A DNA stretch of 64,000 bases from the human T2T-CHM13v2.0 reference genome, Homo sapiens, in assembly GCF_009914755.1 (NCBI RefSeq), contig NC_060928.1; one strand, given 5' to 3'. How positions within the stretch are numbered: position 1 is the stretch's first letter; each line of letters begins with the position of its first letter. The notes beneath the pieces are model-generated. The model was not told where the DNA came from and did no database searches. It saw only the letters and a list, made by a program, of their open reading frames with translations. Below, one piece after another: positions 32,106-46,790 of the stretch. Made by a program: the position numbers and the translations under genes.

Positions 32106-32639
32106 GTTGTGTCCTACAAAACACTCGATAATCATTTGTCTGAAAGGTAATACTGAGAAAAGCTCATTATATGATTCAGTGTATGACTTTGGGGTACCCA
32201 TGCAGATTTCCAACTTATGGGGCTCACTGAGAGATAAGGAAGCAGCCAGGAGGGCAGCAGTAAATCCCTAAATGTCATTCAAAAGAAAACACCCCAGAGA
32301 AATTAATTTTAGCCTTGGCAAAGGTATATTGACTTTTGTTAGTTTCCCTTTGCTGGATTTTACTAAAAGATGGTGCATGCATAAATCAAAAAATACAAGA
32401 AGAATACAAATTGGCAAAAATAAACAAACAGAAAACTAGGTGGGGAAAGGAGACGAGCATTTATTTCATAAATGCAATACTCTTTATGAAACAAATTATT
32501 TCTACCAATTTTATGTCATATGTCAATTAAATTTTATTTTGGATTCATTTGCAGAACTAATTATTCAAAGGAATATTTTATTACTTTTAAGTATCTTTTA
32601 TAAGCAAATATTAATGTTTGGCATATGTGTCTGTGGCAA

Positions 32640-32925
32640 TACAGCACAATGGCTAACAACAGGAACTTTAGCGCGCCACACTGCCTACGATTTAATACTG
32701 ACTCCTCTGCTTACCAGCTGTGTAGTATTCAGCAAGTTACTTAACCTCTCTGTATCTCAATTTTCTCATGTATAAAATAAGAGACTGATAAAAATAGTAC
32801 CTACCTCAATGCTACTGTGTGAGTTAAAATGAACACTTTATACATATATATATAGAGAGAGAGAGAGACAGAGAGAGTTTTTGCAACAGTAAGTACTGGT
32901 ACATAGTTAAGTACTAAACATGTTA
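32640..32925 (+). mobile_element. MIR containing a (TA)(GA) simple repeat
   Basis: ctctgcttaccagctgtgtagtattcagcaagttacttaacctctctgtatctcaattttctcatgtataaaat...agtacctacctca. Confidence 0.8.
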
Positions 32926-33775
32926 ACTGAACATATTATCACATTGCTTAATAATGTACCTCTATGTTTCAAATTAATGCCCATTTGAGATCTGAATAAA
33001 TACTGATAAGATAATCATGGTAATGTAAAATTATCATAACCACATTAAATATACTATTGGCCACTATAGTGTATAGTTCTTTGGTTATAAGACAAATATC
33101 TATAATTAAAGACACCATTAAGCCAGTTTTTCAGACACATGGAAATAAAGTATTGAGGAATGCATAACTAGGGGTATGAGCTGAAATAAATAAAGAATAG
33201 AAAGAAAAACAGATATTATATATTGAAGACATAGATATATACAACAGATATACACATCAAAAAAATGGCAATGATCTGGAAACAAACCTGACTACTAAAG
33301 TGAAGTGACAGTCTGCCTAACCTGAGCACACCAAGAAAGTCTTGTTGACATCTTAAACATTGTTCCTACCCAGATTCCAAAAAGTCTGAAGTTCTAATAT
33401 TAAAAGACTTATCCTATTGAATAAACTTCCCTCGATACATTTCATTCCTGGGTTTATTTTTATTTTTTATTTGTATTACAAATTGACAAATTAGCATTGT
33501 ATCAATTCCTTTTTTAAAACAAAATTGTTCCTAAGAAAGGTTCGGCACACACAAATTAATTCATTGTAAGGTATTATTAATGACTGGTCAGATTCTCCTT
33601 TCTAAGAAAATGGAGACTCATGGGACAGAAGAGTTCAATCTTGTTTAGCACTTCCTTTTTGAGCAAGAAAGGAAGAAGAAAGGAAAAACACTAGAAGGAA
33701 TAAACTAGTAGGGGGCTGCTGAAAGAGCCCACAACCAGGCCTCGCTTGATTTTCCTCCATTTTTATCCTCTAGAC

Positions 33776-33993
33776 CAGGCATGGCAAACCTTTTCTCCAA
33801 AGGACCAGATAGTAAATATTTTAAGCTTTGCAGGGCATATGGTCTCTATCACAACTACTCGACTCTGTCACAAAAGCCCAGAAACAGCCTGAGATAATAT
33901 TTAATGCATGGGAGCTGTTGTGTTCCAATAAAACTTTATAAATACAGCTTGCAGGAAGATTTGGCCCACAAGATGTAGTCTGCAGACAACCTG
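33776..33993 (+). mobile_element. MER58A (hAT-Charlie MITE)
   Basis: caggcatggcaaacc...aaggaccagatagtaaatattttaagctttgcagg...gttccaataaaacttta...gatttggcccac...cctg; NTCTAGAN-type 8-bp target ctctagac/gtctaggc. Confidence 0.85.
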
Positions 33994-34939
33994 GTCTAGG
34001 CCAGTAGCCACCTCAGATTTTTTTTTATAAACCCCCTGTAACCATATTATTCCATATAAAATTTAATTAGTAATAAAATGATATAAAAGTGTTCTGTAAA
34101 GAGGGCAAAAAGAGCATGCATTAAGGTGTTCGAATCTTTAATCCAAGTAAAATGGAAGGTAAACCCAAAACTCAGTTATACATATCTACATATAAACCTT
34201 ATAACAGTGGGAACGTAGGCCCCAGGTGGTCTCACACCGATGTTCTGAAATTTGTGAAGGTTATCCTCTCTCAGTGTTTTCTTTTTCTAGACCCCCCAAC
34301 ACAGAGATTTCTCCATTTTAACAAATAAGGAAACAAACTTTAAAAATATTAGGGAACCTAAAGTCAAGCTGGCATGTGACAGAACCAAATTGAAACCCAG
34401 ATTGACCTGACTCCAAAGCCCATGCTGAAAAGAAACTTTGAATTGTTCTCATCAATGGAAAAGGCAGCCTTCACTAGAACCCTTAAATTAATATTGATAG
34501 TATAAGCACATATCACAGGTAAAGCAGATGACTATGGCAGGTTTTCACTGTGGAGGTTCTTGATAAACCTGTCTAGAATAGTATCAGGTATCTAATCATA
34601 ATAGTTACTGTTGGGTATTTTAAGAAAATGTAAACTATATATACATTCAGCCTATATTTTTGTTACTCTAAATATTTTAAACAATTATTTTATTTTGGAA
34701 ATATCCAAGCATAAGTTGAATATTGCTTTTTAGAGTAAGATTGTTAATATTTAACTTAAAGCTATATATTTACAAAAATATATCCTAGAGAGGAAAGGAA
34801 CAAAAACTATGTAAATTTTGCTAAATATCAAAGGAAAGTACAATAGATAAATCCAATTCAAAACATTTATTGGACTCTTACTTAAATTATGTGAAACATC
34901 TATACAAACTAAACTTCTGGGGAAATTCATCATGTAAAT

Positions 34940-35040
34940 TTTATTTTTTTATGTTTAACTTTTGTTAGGTCCAGGGTACATGTGCAGGTTTGTTATATAG
35001 GTAAACTGCATGTCACAGAGGTTTGGTGTACCGACAATTT
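34940..35040 (-). mobile_element. L1PA15/16-like 3' end fragment
   Basis: aacttttgttaggtccagggtacatgtgcaggtttgttatataggtaaactgcatgtcacagaggtttggtgtac. Confidence 0.75.
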
Positions 35041-37360
35041 TAAAAGAATAATCAGGTAAGGCAAATGGAGTTTTGAATTAAACCACTGCTTCCTCACAAA
35101 AGAACCACCTGTGATAATTCACACAAAGAAACACATGACATTACAGTATACATTTTATTTATAAGGGATTATAGTTGCTTCTATCCTAAGAATAAGTACA
35201 ATGCACTTTGGATTTTCCTTAGGCTTCTGAGATTATATTATGACATTGATTTCTATATCTGTCATGATATTTTAACCTGGAAATGTATTGCTGAACTAGT
35301 ATACACTATCTTGGATCTCTGAGTAGGGCTACTATAGCACTAAGATTACAATAGGATCATCATAAAAGAATTGCAGTATATTATTCGGGATTACCTACAT
35401 TCTGAAAACCAATTTCAATGTTGCATCATTTCTCTTTTGATATACAGATAGTTTCTAATGACTAAATTAAGCACATTCTACATAAGACTTTAAAAAAAGC
35501 ATGATTGCAGGAATCTAGTAACGGCAAACTAATTAATTTGGACAAATGCTCAGCTAGAAAGGCTGAACAAAATATTTTTAAAAACATATTCTCCATAGCA
35601 TTGAAAGGTTAAAAAAAAAATAGTGAAGAATTACGAGACCAAGATCTGAGGAGGACTGGGGACCAAGGAGATGAGCGTTGCATTTGAAGCTACTCATTCC
35701 CTGGGAGATCTGAAAAATCCCGGAGAGGTAGCAGAAAGGCTAAGAAGCTGAACAGTGATTTTGCTAGTATTATAAAGCTAGAAGGAGAAGGGTTAGCCAC
35801 CAGGAGCGCTAGCATTCTTTTGGTTAGTGCTTGCATGGCATAACTGTATTTAAATTTAAATAAATTAGTATTTACATTAAATTTAAAAGTAGACTAAATG
35901 TTTCAATTTAGATTAAAATATTATAACAGAATTTTTAAATTCTATGCTATAATAGACATACCTAAAGCAAATACATACAGAAAGTTGAAAGTAAAAGAAT
36001 GATAAATATTATGCCGTGAAACTCTAACCAAAAACATAGTGTAATTATATCAATCTAAAATACAGTAGATGTGAAAGAAAAAAGCATTGCTAGAGATAAA
36101 ATCGTCCATTTCTTAATGACAAAAGTTCAATTTACCAGGAAAATTTACTTCTAAATGTATAAACACATTATCACATAGCCTCTTAATATTACATTAAAAA
36201 TTTATAGTATTCCAAAGAAAAAATAGACAAGTCTACAACCATAGTGGAAAATTCTAACAGACCTTTCAGTAAATGTTAATACAAATGACAAAATATCAGT
36301 AAGAACTTAGATAATTTTAACATATGATTAATAAAATTTGACCTAACTCACAGACACAGAACACTTTCTTTTCAAGTCATATAATTCATTTTAAACCACA
36401 TATCATTCACATCCTTTCTGAGCACATATAATTCCCTCATAAAAATTAGAGTTCCCACTGTTCCACATTCTTTCAAATACTAATAGTATTAGATTTTTCT
36501 TCTTGTTTCTTCAGAACCATAAAGCAAGTTTTAATAAATTTTGAAAGACTGACATCTACAGTATCTTCTCTGGCTAATAAGGTAAAGTGGATTTCAAAAA
36601 TTGTAGAAGAATTTTTACATTGGAAATTAATCAGTGTACCCCAAACTGTTTACAGATTCAATGAAATCCCAATAAAAATTCCAGCAGCCTTTGGCTCTAT
36701 TTTGTTTTGTTTTGCAGAATTCAACAAGCTGATGCTAAATTTATATGGAAATAATGAAGGCCAAAATTATCCTGATATCAAGATTTATATAAAACTACAC
36801 TTATTAAAACAATATGGTATTGACACAAGAATGACAAATATATCTTTGGAATAGAACAGAGATCCAAAAGACATTCATGTATGGACAGCTGATTTATAAC
36901 AAAGACAGCACTGCTAAACAGCATGGAAAGGATGATCATTTCAACAACTGGTGCCAAGACAATTGGGTGCCCATGTGAAGAAAAAATAAAATTTGGCCTT
37001 TACCTCACACCATATACAAAAATATGAAAGGCAAATCACATAGCTTCTAAAAAACTATATTAGAAAATATATTTATGACCTTGCGGGAGGGGAAGACTTC
37101 TTAAACAAAACAGAAAAACCATGAAAGAAAGGGTTGATAAACCAGACTACATTAAACTTAGTCTACATGAAAGATCATGAAAGAAAGAGTTGGTATATTG
37201 AAAGAAAGAGTTGGTATAAAGAAAGAGTTGGTTAAAGTTCAAAACTTCCTTTTTTTAAAAAGACACCGTAAGAGTCTCAGGTCCACAACAAATCAATGGA
37301 TCAATGAGACAAAGTCAATGCAATAGTCATGTGGGCAGCAGACTTAAAACAAGTGCTTCA

Positions 37361-37655
37361 GGCCGGGCACGGTGCCTCATGCCTGTAATCCCAGCATTTT
37401 AGGAGGCCGAGGCAGGTGGATCAATTGAGGTTGGGACTTCGCGACCAGCCTGACCAACATGGAGAAACCCCATCTCTACAAAAAATACAAAAGTAGCTGG
37501 GCCTGGTGGTGCATGCCTGTAATCCCAGCTACTCAGGAGGCTGAGGCAGGAAAATCACTTGAACCCAGGAGGCGGAGGTTGTGGTGAGCCGAGATCGTGC
37601 CACTGCACTGCAGCCTGGGCAACAAGAGTGCAACTCTGCCTCAAAAAAAAAAAAA
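37361..37655 (+). mobile_element. AluSp
   Basis: Diagnostic ctgaccaacatggagaaacccc and caacaagag; TSD aa(g/a)tgcttca. Confidence 0.95.
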
Positions 37656-38101
37656 TGCTTCACAATAGAGGGTATCTAAATGACTGGAAAATATGAAAGG
37701 TGTTCAATGTCATTAGTAAAAGGGGAACAGAAATTGAAGCCATTGTGAGATACTACAGTAACCAATGAGAATGGCCAGAATGAAAAAGTCAAATACTATT
37801 AGTATTTGAAAGAATGTGGAACAGTGGGAACTCTTAACACTAATAACAGGAGTAATGTCAGTAGAAATAATATGAAAGACAATATAACTATCTTTTAAAA
37901 TGGAAGATATGTATGCTTTTTGACCCACTATTTCCACTTATATAACTAACAATAATGTATGCACATGTGCTTCAAGAAACATGTTCAAGAATGTTTATGG
38001 CAACATTATTCATGATATCAAAAAACTGGAAACAGCACAAATGTCAACCAGTAAATGGAAAATGATAAATTACAGTATGTTCATACAATGAAATTCTCAA
38101 A

Positions 38102-38234
38102 TTTTTTATTTTCTTTTTAGAGCGGGTTTTCGCCATGTTGCCTAGGCTTGTCTCAAACTCCTGAGCTCAAAGAATCCGCTCACCTGGGCCTCCCAAAGTG
38201 CTGAGATTACAGATGTGAGCCACCACCCCCGGCC
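38102..38234 (-). mobile_element. FLAM-C/AluJ left monomer
   Basis: T-rich tail then gttgcctaggcttgtctcaaactcctgagctcaa...gagccaccacccccggcc. Confidence 0.85.
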
Positions 38235-38262
38235 ACCTATGAGCCACCACGCCCAGCCAGGT

Positions 38263-38472
38263 CCAGCCTGGCCACCATGGTGAAACCCCATCTCTACAAA
38301 AAACACAAAAATTAGCCAGGCATGGAGGTGCATGCCTGTAATCCCAGCTACTCAGGAGGCTAAGGCTGGAGAATCACTTGAACCTGGGAGGTGGAGGTTG
38401 TAGTGAGCTGAGATCTCGACATTGCACTCCAGCCTGGGTGACAGAGTGAGACTCCATCACAAAAAAAAAAAA
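38263..38472 (+). mobile_element. 5'-truncated Alu
   Basis: Starts at ccagcctggccaccatggtgaaacccc; complete right arm and poly-A. Confidence 0.9.
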
Positions 38473-38641
38473 GCAAAGATATGACTACAATATTAGTCAG
38501 GATATTAGTTAACTTTAGGAGGCATACAGGGGGCAATGACTGAGAGGAAGTTTGGAAGGACACTTCTGAGAGGGTGATAATACTAAATCTTGACTTGAGT
38601 GAGTTCCATGGGTTTAGTTTGTAACAAATCATTAAGCTATA

Positions 38642-38937
38642 TTTTTTTCTTCTTTTTGAGACGGAGTCTCACTCTGTCGCCCAGGCTGGAGTGCGGTGGC
38701 ACGATCTCGGCTCACTGCAACCTCCGCATCCGGGGTTCAAGCAATTCTCTGCCTCAGCCTCCCAAGTAGCTGGGAATACAGGCATCTGCCACCATGCTGG
38801 CTAATTTTTTTGTGTTTTTAGTAGAGACGGGGTTTCACCATGTTGGCCAGGCTGGTCTTGAACTCCTGACCTCTTGATCCATCCACCTCGGCCTCCCAAA
38901 GTGCTGGGATTACAGGCGTGAGCCACTGTGCCCGGCC
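38642..38937 (-). mobile_element. Alu (S-type)
   Basis: Full reverse Alu; TSD tcattaagctatattttt on both sides. Confidence 0.95.
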
Positions 38938-40701
38938 TCATTAAGCTATATTTTTGTTCTGTGGACTATTCTGTATGCATGTTATATTTTACAGTTTAAA
39001 AGTATTTTTAAATTACTTTCTACATTAGAATTGAAACTGAAATTCAAAATACATATGTATAGCTATTTGAGATTGCAATGATGTGCTTGAAATGAGGAAA
39101 AAATACTGACATTACAGGGTTAGCTTTGCAGAATACTTGCCAAACAATTGAGACAAGCAAGTAATAGTAATAATAGCAAATATCATAATAATAATGGCTA
39201 AGACTTACAGCACTTACTATGTGTCAGTCACTATTCCAAACCATTTACATACATTAACTCATTTATTCTTATAAGTCTTGTAAACATATAGAACAGAAAT
39301 ATCTTAATAGATATCCCTTCTTCTAATCTGAATCATAGAAGTGCTATTTGTGATGAAATACAAAGCACAAGAAAAACAGCTCTGAGTGTAATAGTCACCA
39401 CTGCTCCAAGGGTGCAACCTTTCCTGAAGTCATGGGTCACAACAAACAAACAAAAACACCTGTCAAGGAGTTTATGCCAGTAAATCAAGAAGAGATTAGA
39501 TATTTTAAGACAGATCAAGTGTCTGTCCATCAGCTAAGGGTGGAGCCAGTTAGGAAGCATTGTCAATAAATGAGTGAATTCAGCAGAAGTTTTTTTTTTT
39601 AATCCAGATTATCTAATTAACCCACCCCAATGTTGAATATCTCTTCACATGCTAGAATTTTCCTTAACATGTGGAAGTAGAATATATTTTTTTTAATTTT
39701 TAAGATCCAAATGTACTGTTAAAATAAATTTTTCTTATATCAGCTAATATACTATGTGAAATTAAGGGGACCTTGTAGAGTAGTAGTAAAATATGACTAT
39801 CAAATTCTCTATGGTCGTAAGGATGTGTGCAACCATCTAGGACACCACTAAATATGTAGACACTACAGCATCTTTGAGTCACCAGTAAGATATTTTGATT
39901 CTTTTTTAATTCTGAGATTAAAAACTCACTGAGAATTGTGTTTAATTTATGACAACTTAAATATCCAGTCTACTATTTGGTAAAATAAAATCAATTTCCA
40001 TAGATACATGGATTGGCATGGTCAACTAATTCAGAGTTGGCTGAATATTTCAGTTTTCAATTCTCTATTTGGATTTGGTGTAGACACACTGTTCATTTTT
40101 ACTCCTTAGCTCTTTCAACATATGAAATATCCACAGATATAGAAAATCATCCCTCCTATAGCTTTAATCACAAAAGATAGGTATGGACCTTCTACATGGT
40201 AATGCCACTTACAAAGGCAAGGTGATTAGAAATCAGTCAACATATTAAGAAGTTGTTCTGCAAACTTTCACTAAAAGAGAACAGTTCTGTTTCATCAGAA
40301 TTTATTGAAACCATATTATTTATATAGTTTAATTATTTATATAGTTTAAAATTCTATTATTAAACAGCAGTGATGAAAACACAAGATAAAGTCACTTTAC
40401 CAACATCTGTATTCTTAATGAATTATGTTATTTACACTAGGGAATATTAATTTTCTTTTTTTTCTTTCCCTTTACTAATAGTAATACAATCATTTTCACA
40501 ACAGGAATATTGCAGCGGTATGATAAAATTCATTTTTAATGCTAAAGATAAAACAAAATTGTATTTCTTTCATAGTAAGAATGATGTATGATCCAAACTT
40601 TTAAGTTATTAGACTTAATTTAAATAGGAAAGTTTAGAATATATTTTGAGTTCAGATTCATCAATTCAGCAGTGAGCTATCTTTTGTAAACCCTACTCTA
40701 T

Positions 40702-41753
<1,052 letters not shown>

Positions 41754-42982
41754 AATCCTTGTATTTTTTAGTGTCAGCAACTTGTTAGTGCAGAAATATT
41801 CAGACAAGGTATTTGTGTAAGTAATTGCATTTCCTTATGAAGTGATATGTTCAATTATATATAAGTAAAAGATGGACAGTTACAAAAAATTAACAATAAA
41901 AATTGAAAGAAATAAAATCGAACCAATATAAATTAGATGACAACTACATATCCTGTATTTACTTCTAATACAATTTTTATGAGTCAATGACTTATCTCTC
42001 ATTGAAAACAAAATACTCTTGACAAGCTCATCTTCAACCACATCTTAAATTTACAGCTTTATCAACATCTTTTTTGGTCAAAAGAAATCAACCTATCAGC
42101 ATAAATATATGGTCAAAAACAGGGTGCTATCACATGCATTCACTTTATTTTCTTTTCTCTTCTTTCATTTTCATTTTCTTTCTTTTCTTGCATATTTACT
42201 TGCTCTCTGCTTCAGATTATTCATCAAAGCCAGTTGTAACCCTTCAAACACAATTGTCCGCGGAAGTGTTGCTAATCATTTGAAAAAGCTCAGGAAAAAA
42301 AAAATGTTGTAATTCACCTAGACTCAACTCACTACCTTAAGAAATCCATGGGATTATATGCCTATTCAGTTATTGAGGGAGTTAAATCCAGGCTTAGGTA
42401 TAATAAAAGCTTGCTAAAATGCCTTTTGTCCTCTTACTGGAATACACATTCTTACATGCAAAACTGAGGAGCAGGAAGCAATTGCAGGAAGAGGAAAGAT
42501 AGCAATACAAAGTGAGAATAACCAGAACTTGTTCTCTTGTGTTTTGAGTTAGCCTTTGCTTTCCATACCTTGAGAAGCATCAAATTAAAAGAATGTGACT
42601 CAAGACCACAAAAAAAGTAACCTCATAGATTTACAGGCCTGCACAGAAGTTCATGTAGTTGCACAGCTCCAAGCAGAAGGTTTATGTTCATTTAAGAGTG
42701 GAAAATTTTCAAGTTCTTCCAGAAGCACCATCTGTTTCTACTGGCTCGTCATGGTTTGAATTATTTATTACAATAACCTCAGATTTATTGGGTTAACCTT
42801 TGGATTGACTCCTAAAATTAACTATTGAATATTTATTATTTTTTCAGTAGGATAGTAGAATACAAAAATTAATTTTACCCTAGTATTGAAAGCACCTTAA
42901 GGTCTTTATCATAACCAAAATGACAGAAGGAATTATATTGTTTATCGCGTCTAATAGGTTTGATCCCTACAGCTATGTAATT

Positions 42983-43001
42983 GGTCCACTAGATGATGCT
43001 A
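42983..43001 (+). promoter_or_regulatory. Weak CTCF-like motif
   Basis: GGTCCACTAGATGATGCTA: CCACTAGATG core with 3' mismatches. Confidence 0.35.
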
Positions 43002-44251
43002 TGGTGGTTAAAATTTTTAAAAGATGATCTGTGCAAATTTCAAACAACTACAAAAATGTTTTTAAAATTTTTTAAACATAGTTTTAAAAATAGTTAACAT
43101 AGGATACCTGCCTTATCAATCTGTTAATGAGAAATGGAAAAAACACAGAGTTCCTAAAACTAAAGCCAGGACTTAAAAGCTGACAAACAGCTTTCTATGA
43201 ATCTTCATGATCTGGTAAGTCTCAATATCTTAAGAAAAATATAAGTGACTTTTTAGAAGCAAAGTTAATGATAAACTGCATGCTATGAAAGAATTAAATA
43301 CAGAAACATTGGGGAAAAAGCATTTCCAAAGAAGGCAGAGATATAAAGTTAAATTAATTTTAGTGAGAGGTTTTTTTTTTAATGGGGGAGGAAGAAAACA
43401 CAATTTTTTTTGCATATTTAAGAATTCCGTTTAAACCTTGTTTGATTTTTTAGACTGGCACAAAAAGCTTCCAGTTAAAAATAGACAAATTTAGAAAAAT
43501 CAGTTAAGGACCTAATTACCACACCAAATTGAGTAGTCAATTTCCACCTTCTTGAACTAAGCAGCAATTCTTGCTACCTTCAGGCCATTAACACCACTAA
43601 ACCAATTCCACTGCATTTTCTCAAGCTTTGGCTTCAGGGCAGCTCCTAATTGGCTGATGGCATTAGAGAGCATTGGGTGCTACAGGGCTACAGTTCCTTC
43701 TAAAGGAAGGTATCAGTTCTTCATTCTTTATTTCTTGTGCTTTTGTCAAGGCTTTTTTTGTTTTGTTTTGTTTTGGTTTGGTTTAAGCTTTTCACCCACT
43801 CATACTTAATAATAAGTTTTTGCTATTTAGGACCAGCAAAAACTAAGGAGCAATTATTCTCCATTTTTCTTTGTTTTAAAGTGTCACTTTAGTGAATATT
43901 AGCCATTTGAAAAAAGTGTAGATAAATATTTAAGTTTGCTAGTACAAAGTTACTCATAAAAAAAATAGAAAGGAGTCCTAGCAGCTTCTGAAAACACAGA
44001 ATGCAACCTGGAAGAGATGGCCAAGTCCCACAAAATCAATTTTTTTCTTAATGGGAAACATTTCAAAGTATGAGTGATATGTAACTTATCTAAGTGTTTT
44101 GAATCTTTGAATCTTAATCATTTGAATTTTTATGAAGTAGAGTCCTTAAAGGAAAGCATACCATACTTAACTCCTAAAAGACCTCTTTCTGATTAAACTA
44201 TAGTATCAATTATAGCTCTTTATATCAACTATTATGACATTGCCATCTTGA

Positions 44252-44752
<501 letters not shown>

Positions 44753-45005
44753 TAATAAGGACTGCTGAATCCTTAATATATGTTGTGCACAAATAAACCC
44801 AGATAGAAAACAGGAGACCAAAGTCAGTTGTCCCATCAACAGCTGAAGCACAACCCTGACAAAGAGCATTGGCTCAGGAAGATAGAGAGAGCATGAGATG
44901 GACAACACTCAAATGCAGTTGAGTATGACAGACACTGAGAATTTGAGGCACTGTGTATTTGAAGATGAATAAGTTGCTATCCTTGTCTTCAAAAACTCCA
45001 TAATT

Positions 45006-45302
<297 letters not shown>

Positions 45303-45934
45303 TCATAATCTAGTTGGGAAATAGATATTTACATAAATAATTACAATGGCTACTATAATTGCCCATCTCATCACACCACAAGGAGGCAGGTCCAAGATGC
45401 AGTGGCTATAAGACTCTCACTGCACATCTACTACACTCAAACAAAAACTGCTTAGAATTGTTTGCTAAGCACTTCTGTCCGAATACAATGGGTACAACAA
45501 AGAAGTCTGAGATCCTTATAAGGTCCAAATACTCAAGTTGCTATCTCTCCACCTTAGGCAAGAAAACCAACATATGCTGAACACTGGTGAACAGGGAGTA
45601 TTAACCTCTCTTAACACTGACTCTAAGTCATAAATACTCAAAAAGTTGAGAATCTGTTTAAACAGCAATAGTCTAAGAAGGCAGTTTGGAAGAGAAGCGG
45701 TTTAGCTTCTATCTTCACTACTCTACTGAAGATGCATTTTTTTCAGGGTCTAGAATGAGTTTTTTATTGAATGTTCAAACCTTTCTCTGGAGTTACATGA
45801 TTCTCCACCTCTTGCTATGCCATTCTTTCTCCATCTCCCCCTTTCCTACCCCATCACACCAAGCCAGATGCCAAACCCTACAGCTACCACTGCACTGTCT
45901 CTCACATCTACCACTTATTTTCCATCTGCTTATC

Positions 45935-46402
45935 TGTATCAGTCACAGTTCCAAAAAACAGATGCACACCTAAACGATTAACTCCTAAGAGGTGGATGAA
46001 AAAATTATCTACAGAGGTGTAAGGAATAATGAAACATGCAGGAAGTCATAACCACAGGAAGCAGTTACCACCTAGAGGCCTGAAGGAGCAAGATTAGGCA
46101 GTTGTGTTACTGAAACGCAAAGAGAGCTGTATCCCAGGGCGAGGGCCCACCTCATTGGTGCTGTGACTGCAAGAAGAAGGAAGGCAGCCACTGCCAAAAC
46201 CAAGGCCCAGAAGTGTAGGTGATAGGCCATGAGGAATAAATACTCCAGCCTCTTTCTTCTCCTACCCTTCATTCTTCTGGTTTTGTTTCCATTGACCAAG
46301 TCCAGCTGAAAGCCAGAGACAATGGAGCTCAAGTGATGTGGCCCACAGAATTCAAAAGGGCAAAGAACAGACCTTTAGGGGCAAACAGAGAAACACCAGC
46401 AC
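45935..46402 (-). mobile_element. LTR41/LTR40-like ERVL solo LTR
   Basis: tgtatcagtcacagttcc...aacagatgcacac...cagttaccaccctagaggcctgaagg...ccattgaccaagtccagctgaaagccagag...ggggcaaacagagaaacaccagcaca. Confidence 0.55.
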
Positions 46403-46549
46403 ATCATACTCAGAAAGCACAAAGCCTCAGGATTCCTTGCCTAGATTATTACAATTTCCTTATGGTTCTCTTTTCTCTGTAGTCAATCCTCCAGCCCATG
46501 CATTGGTTCAATAAATATTGTTTAAATTTTTTAGTTAAAAACACACATA

Positions 46550-46790
46550 AGAAAGGCATTCTCTGACCACCTCCCCATCACTCTCTATCTCTACCTATTG
46601 CATTATTCTCTTATTTATATCTCTCTAAAATTATTTTGTTTTGTGTTCATTTGTTTGTCATCTATTTCTCCAAAATAAAATTAAGCTCCCTGAGAGCTGT
46701 GAATTGTGCTTCTGCGCTTGGTATATATAGATCAGGCATTCAGTTATGAATGAATAAATTAATTAATGACAGAGTGAATGAATGTATGTA
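46550..46790 (+). mobile_element. L2 3' end
   Basis: ctctgaccacctcccc...taagctccctgagagc...tgaatgaataaatt...gaatgaatg. Confidence 0.65.

Larger units (their letters stand above)
35480..39000 (+). mobile_element. Ancient, internally deleted L1ME/L1MD-like element hosting four Alu insertions
   Basis: Colinear L1 landmarks: endonuclease region (gacatacctaaagc...gttgaaagtaaaagaatg), cagattcaatgaaatcccaataaaaattccagcag, tacctcacaccatatacaaa, 3' UTR to atgttatattttacag. Confidence 0.75.

Noticed and set aside
40314-40348. 17-bp tandem duplication attatttatatagttta; similar short duplications near 8903 and 26084
   Set aside because: Ordinary slippage duplications in AT-rich DNA.
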